From Oculina patagonica (Eukaryota): 64,000 nucleotides of DNA. Every line of letters starts with the position of its first letter. Within the stretch, counting starts at the first letter, position 1. Shown piece by piece: positions 61,497 through 64,000 of the stretch. A program made the translations under genes and the position numbers. The notes under the pieces are model-generated. The model searched no databases. It was not told where the DNA came from and worked only from the letters and a program-made list of their open reading frames with translations. The stretch lies in assembly GCF_052425735.1 (NCBI RefSeq), contig NC_135763.1, positions 14,818,001-14,882,000 on the forward strand, in the 5' to 3' direction.

Positions 61497-64000
61497 TTTC
61501 AAGGAATCCAAAAAAGCTTTACTTATCCCATATATATTTGTTTTGCAGTATTTTGTTAATTTTTAGACGATTTCGGGGGATGTCTGGGAGGCGATAGTTT
61601 TTCTCAAAGGATTAGTAAAATTTAGACAAATAAGAAATATTGGAGATTTTATGTGATTTTAAAATTTGAATTTGAAGTTAAAAATTGGTGGACGGACACC
61701 AAACAGTCTCCTGACAACCCGGAGTGCTCTTGCGAGGGGGTCAACTGTTTGGAGGTGTTTCCATTCTTTTCTTCCATCCCTTCTTTAAATCTCTTAAAGT
61801 TCCATTCAAATTCAGGTAGAACCCCACCTTAAGTTTTGTTCTTGTGAGAAAACAACAGAAGTCAAAGGTTGCGTGATATAACCAAGCATGGATTTTAATT
61901 CTCCCTCCCTTTCCATCTCCTTAGCCTTTCACCCCCACCTGTCCCTCCCTTTCTACTCTCATTCAATTTAATGTTTGTTTAAATTTCCTAACCAATTCAG
62001 TATCGTACTAATCTGTGCCAAGCAAACAGATAATAACAGAAATTTGCCTTAATTTTGATTTCCCATACCAAGACCTTAGAGTATAAACCGCTAATAAAAC
62101 AAAACACACTTGATAATAATTCTCTGAGGTTATACACCTTGCAGTATTAACGTACTAACGAACTTGATAACAAACCCCATGTCGTACTAAGGATTTTTAC
62201 TGATCAACATAGAAAATAAGTTCACAATGGTTTGTTCCCAAAACGTTTTTTACTGTACAGAGGGTCTGTATATTGACCTGTAACTTGTATACCGTATTGA
62301 AAAATTCAGAACGAACCGACTTCTGCCCGCTACCATGATATCATGTTGAAAAATTAGCTCGTTCGAAACCGTAGCAAAATCGTTAGAGACAGACAAGATA
62401 CAGCCGTTTACTGGCAGTCTTTGAAAATCCTGAATTTCTTCAAAATGAGCCAAAATAAAGTTTTAAAATTTCCGTTATCAATATGGTTCTTATCTTTTTA
62501 TTCAATTCTATGAACTGCTTTTATGCAGTACTGTCCACAAAGATTTCAATTTCCTCAAAGTTTCGGGACAAATGGATACAAAATATTTCGCGCAGAATGT
62601 AATTTGATTAAGCGAATGTTTTCACGTCTATAAATACTTTAAGCAGTGAATGAAAACCGTTTTGTTTTCATCGATGAGAACCACTTTCAAATAGTTAATG
62701 CATAAAAAATAACAATCAGACCAGAATACAATAATTATTAATGTAAGGTCTCGCTATTATGTCTCGGCAGAGATACTTCTTTTTTGCAAGTTCAAATGTA
62801 TGCAAATTTCGTGTGAAATGTAATTCGATTCCATTGTCTTGTTTACAAACTCTTTCTTAAGAAAGTTGTATTTTCGTGAATAAAACCCATTGGCCTGTTT
62901 TGTTTTCCTGATCATGTTTGTCTGTGATTTTTACAAAACATGTGGTCTTTTTTTTTCGGAACTTTAAGTTGTACAAAAATTCCTATTTTGAACACAGATG
63001 TCACTTCCGGAATTTCTCATCTAAAATTCAATTGGTATTTAATTATAATTATTCGAAGTTTTCATTTTCAAGTCATCTTTGCATTCGATAGCTTTACTGA
63101 TCTCGTAAAAAATTCCATTCAAGTTCACACCAATACTGTACATTGCCAATGTTTTTCACTAGTCAAATCTAAAATATATCCAAACCATGTTATGCAAACA
63201 TTCTACTCTTTGTGACAGGCGACTTTGACGCCCAACTGTGCGGAAATGAAAATCGACATACTTCTTGCTAAATATATAAAAAATAGTTTTAAAGTGGAGT
63301 CCGCCTCAAAAAAATGTACCGCCAGATCACACTGCTATTTGTAGAAACCAGCAAAGCGTCTAGTTTCAAAGTTTCCCACAAAAACATTGCGTGACATAAA
63401 TGACGTTACCCCTTTTATTTACAAAAATAGCTTCAACTTGTCAAAGCAACTACAGTTTCACAATGGTGATTATTAGTACTTTACCCCTTAAGCTTTTTTC
63501 TCTGTCCTCCCGCCGAAGCAAAGAAGAGAACCAGATTGCAGATTAGCCCAAAAGTCGACCCAGTGTTCCTACAACGATTTACTGTCAAAACTGAAATGAA
63601 ACCGATTGGTCCAGGCTATCCCCGTCATTTTTAGCCGACAGGAGACTATCGTCTAGGACGACCAAAGGGTAAACTATAAATCGGCCACGCCCGATTAAAA
63701 AGCTGATTCTCAAAAAATCTGCCACAAAAGGAAATTGACAAAAACAATATGAAAACCATATATCGAAAGTTTCTTATTCTTGGCTTGCACGTGACGTCAG
63801 AGATGTTTACATATTTGGGTATCCGCCATATTGGTGTTCCACCGCGGGTGAAATTTACATATGTTTATATGCCATCGCTGTTGAATGACTAGAAATTTCA
63901 ATGGATTCTCCGGAAAACAAACGTGTTCCTTCAATAAATGAGCTTTGTAGTACGATTCCAGTATTATCTGAGTATTGCAGAAAACTCGACGACCACGTTA

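Overview
Eukaryotic, intron-containing, AT-rich animal DNA. The SINE/MITE families and gene content suggest an anthozoan (stony coral); this is inference. I reconstructed four host genes by hand from GT-AG junctions. (1) A single-exon CCDC190-like gene (-, 13161..14087). (2) A 4-exon class C GPCR (-, 984 aa). (3) Head-to-head with the GPCR, a 10-exon non-canonical bestrophin-like channel (+, 884 aa) whose long disordered tail carries six RFxV (SPAK/OSR1-docking) motifs and a PP1 RVxF motif; this is the most interesting item. (4) A 2-exon Tctex-1-domain dynein light chain (+, 218 aa). From 46.5 to 58.8 kb is a stack of retroelements: an L2/CR1-type LINE tail, then a Penelope-like element with a minimal hammerhead ribozyme that is split by a young full-length BEL/Pao LTR element and by a solo LTR, then a second Penelope-like element tail-to-tail. 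Also present are a spliced Ulp1-protease fragment, many nested MITEs and SINEs, a 258-N gap and some homopolymer-error-rich sequence.
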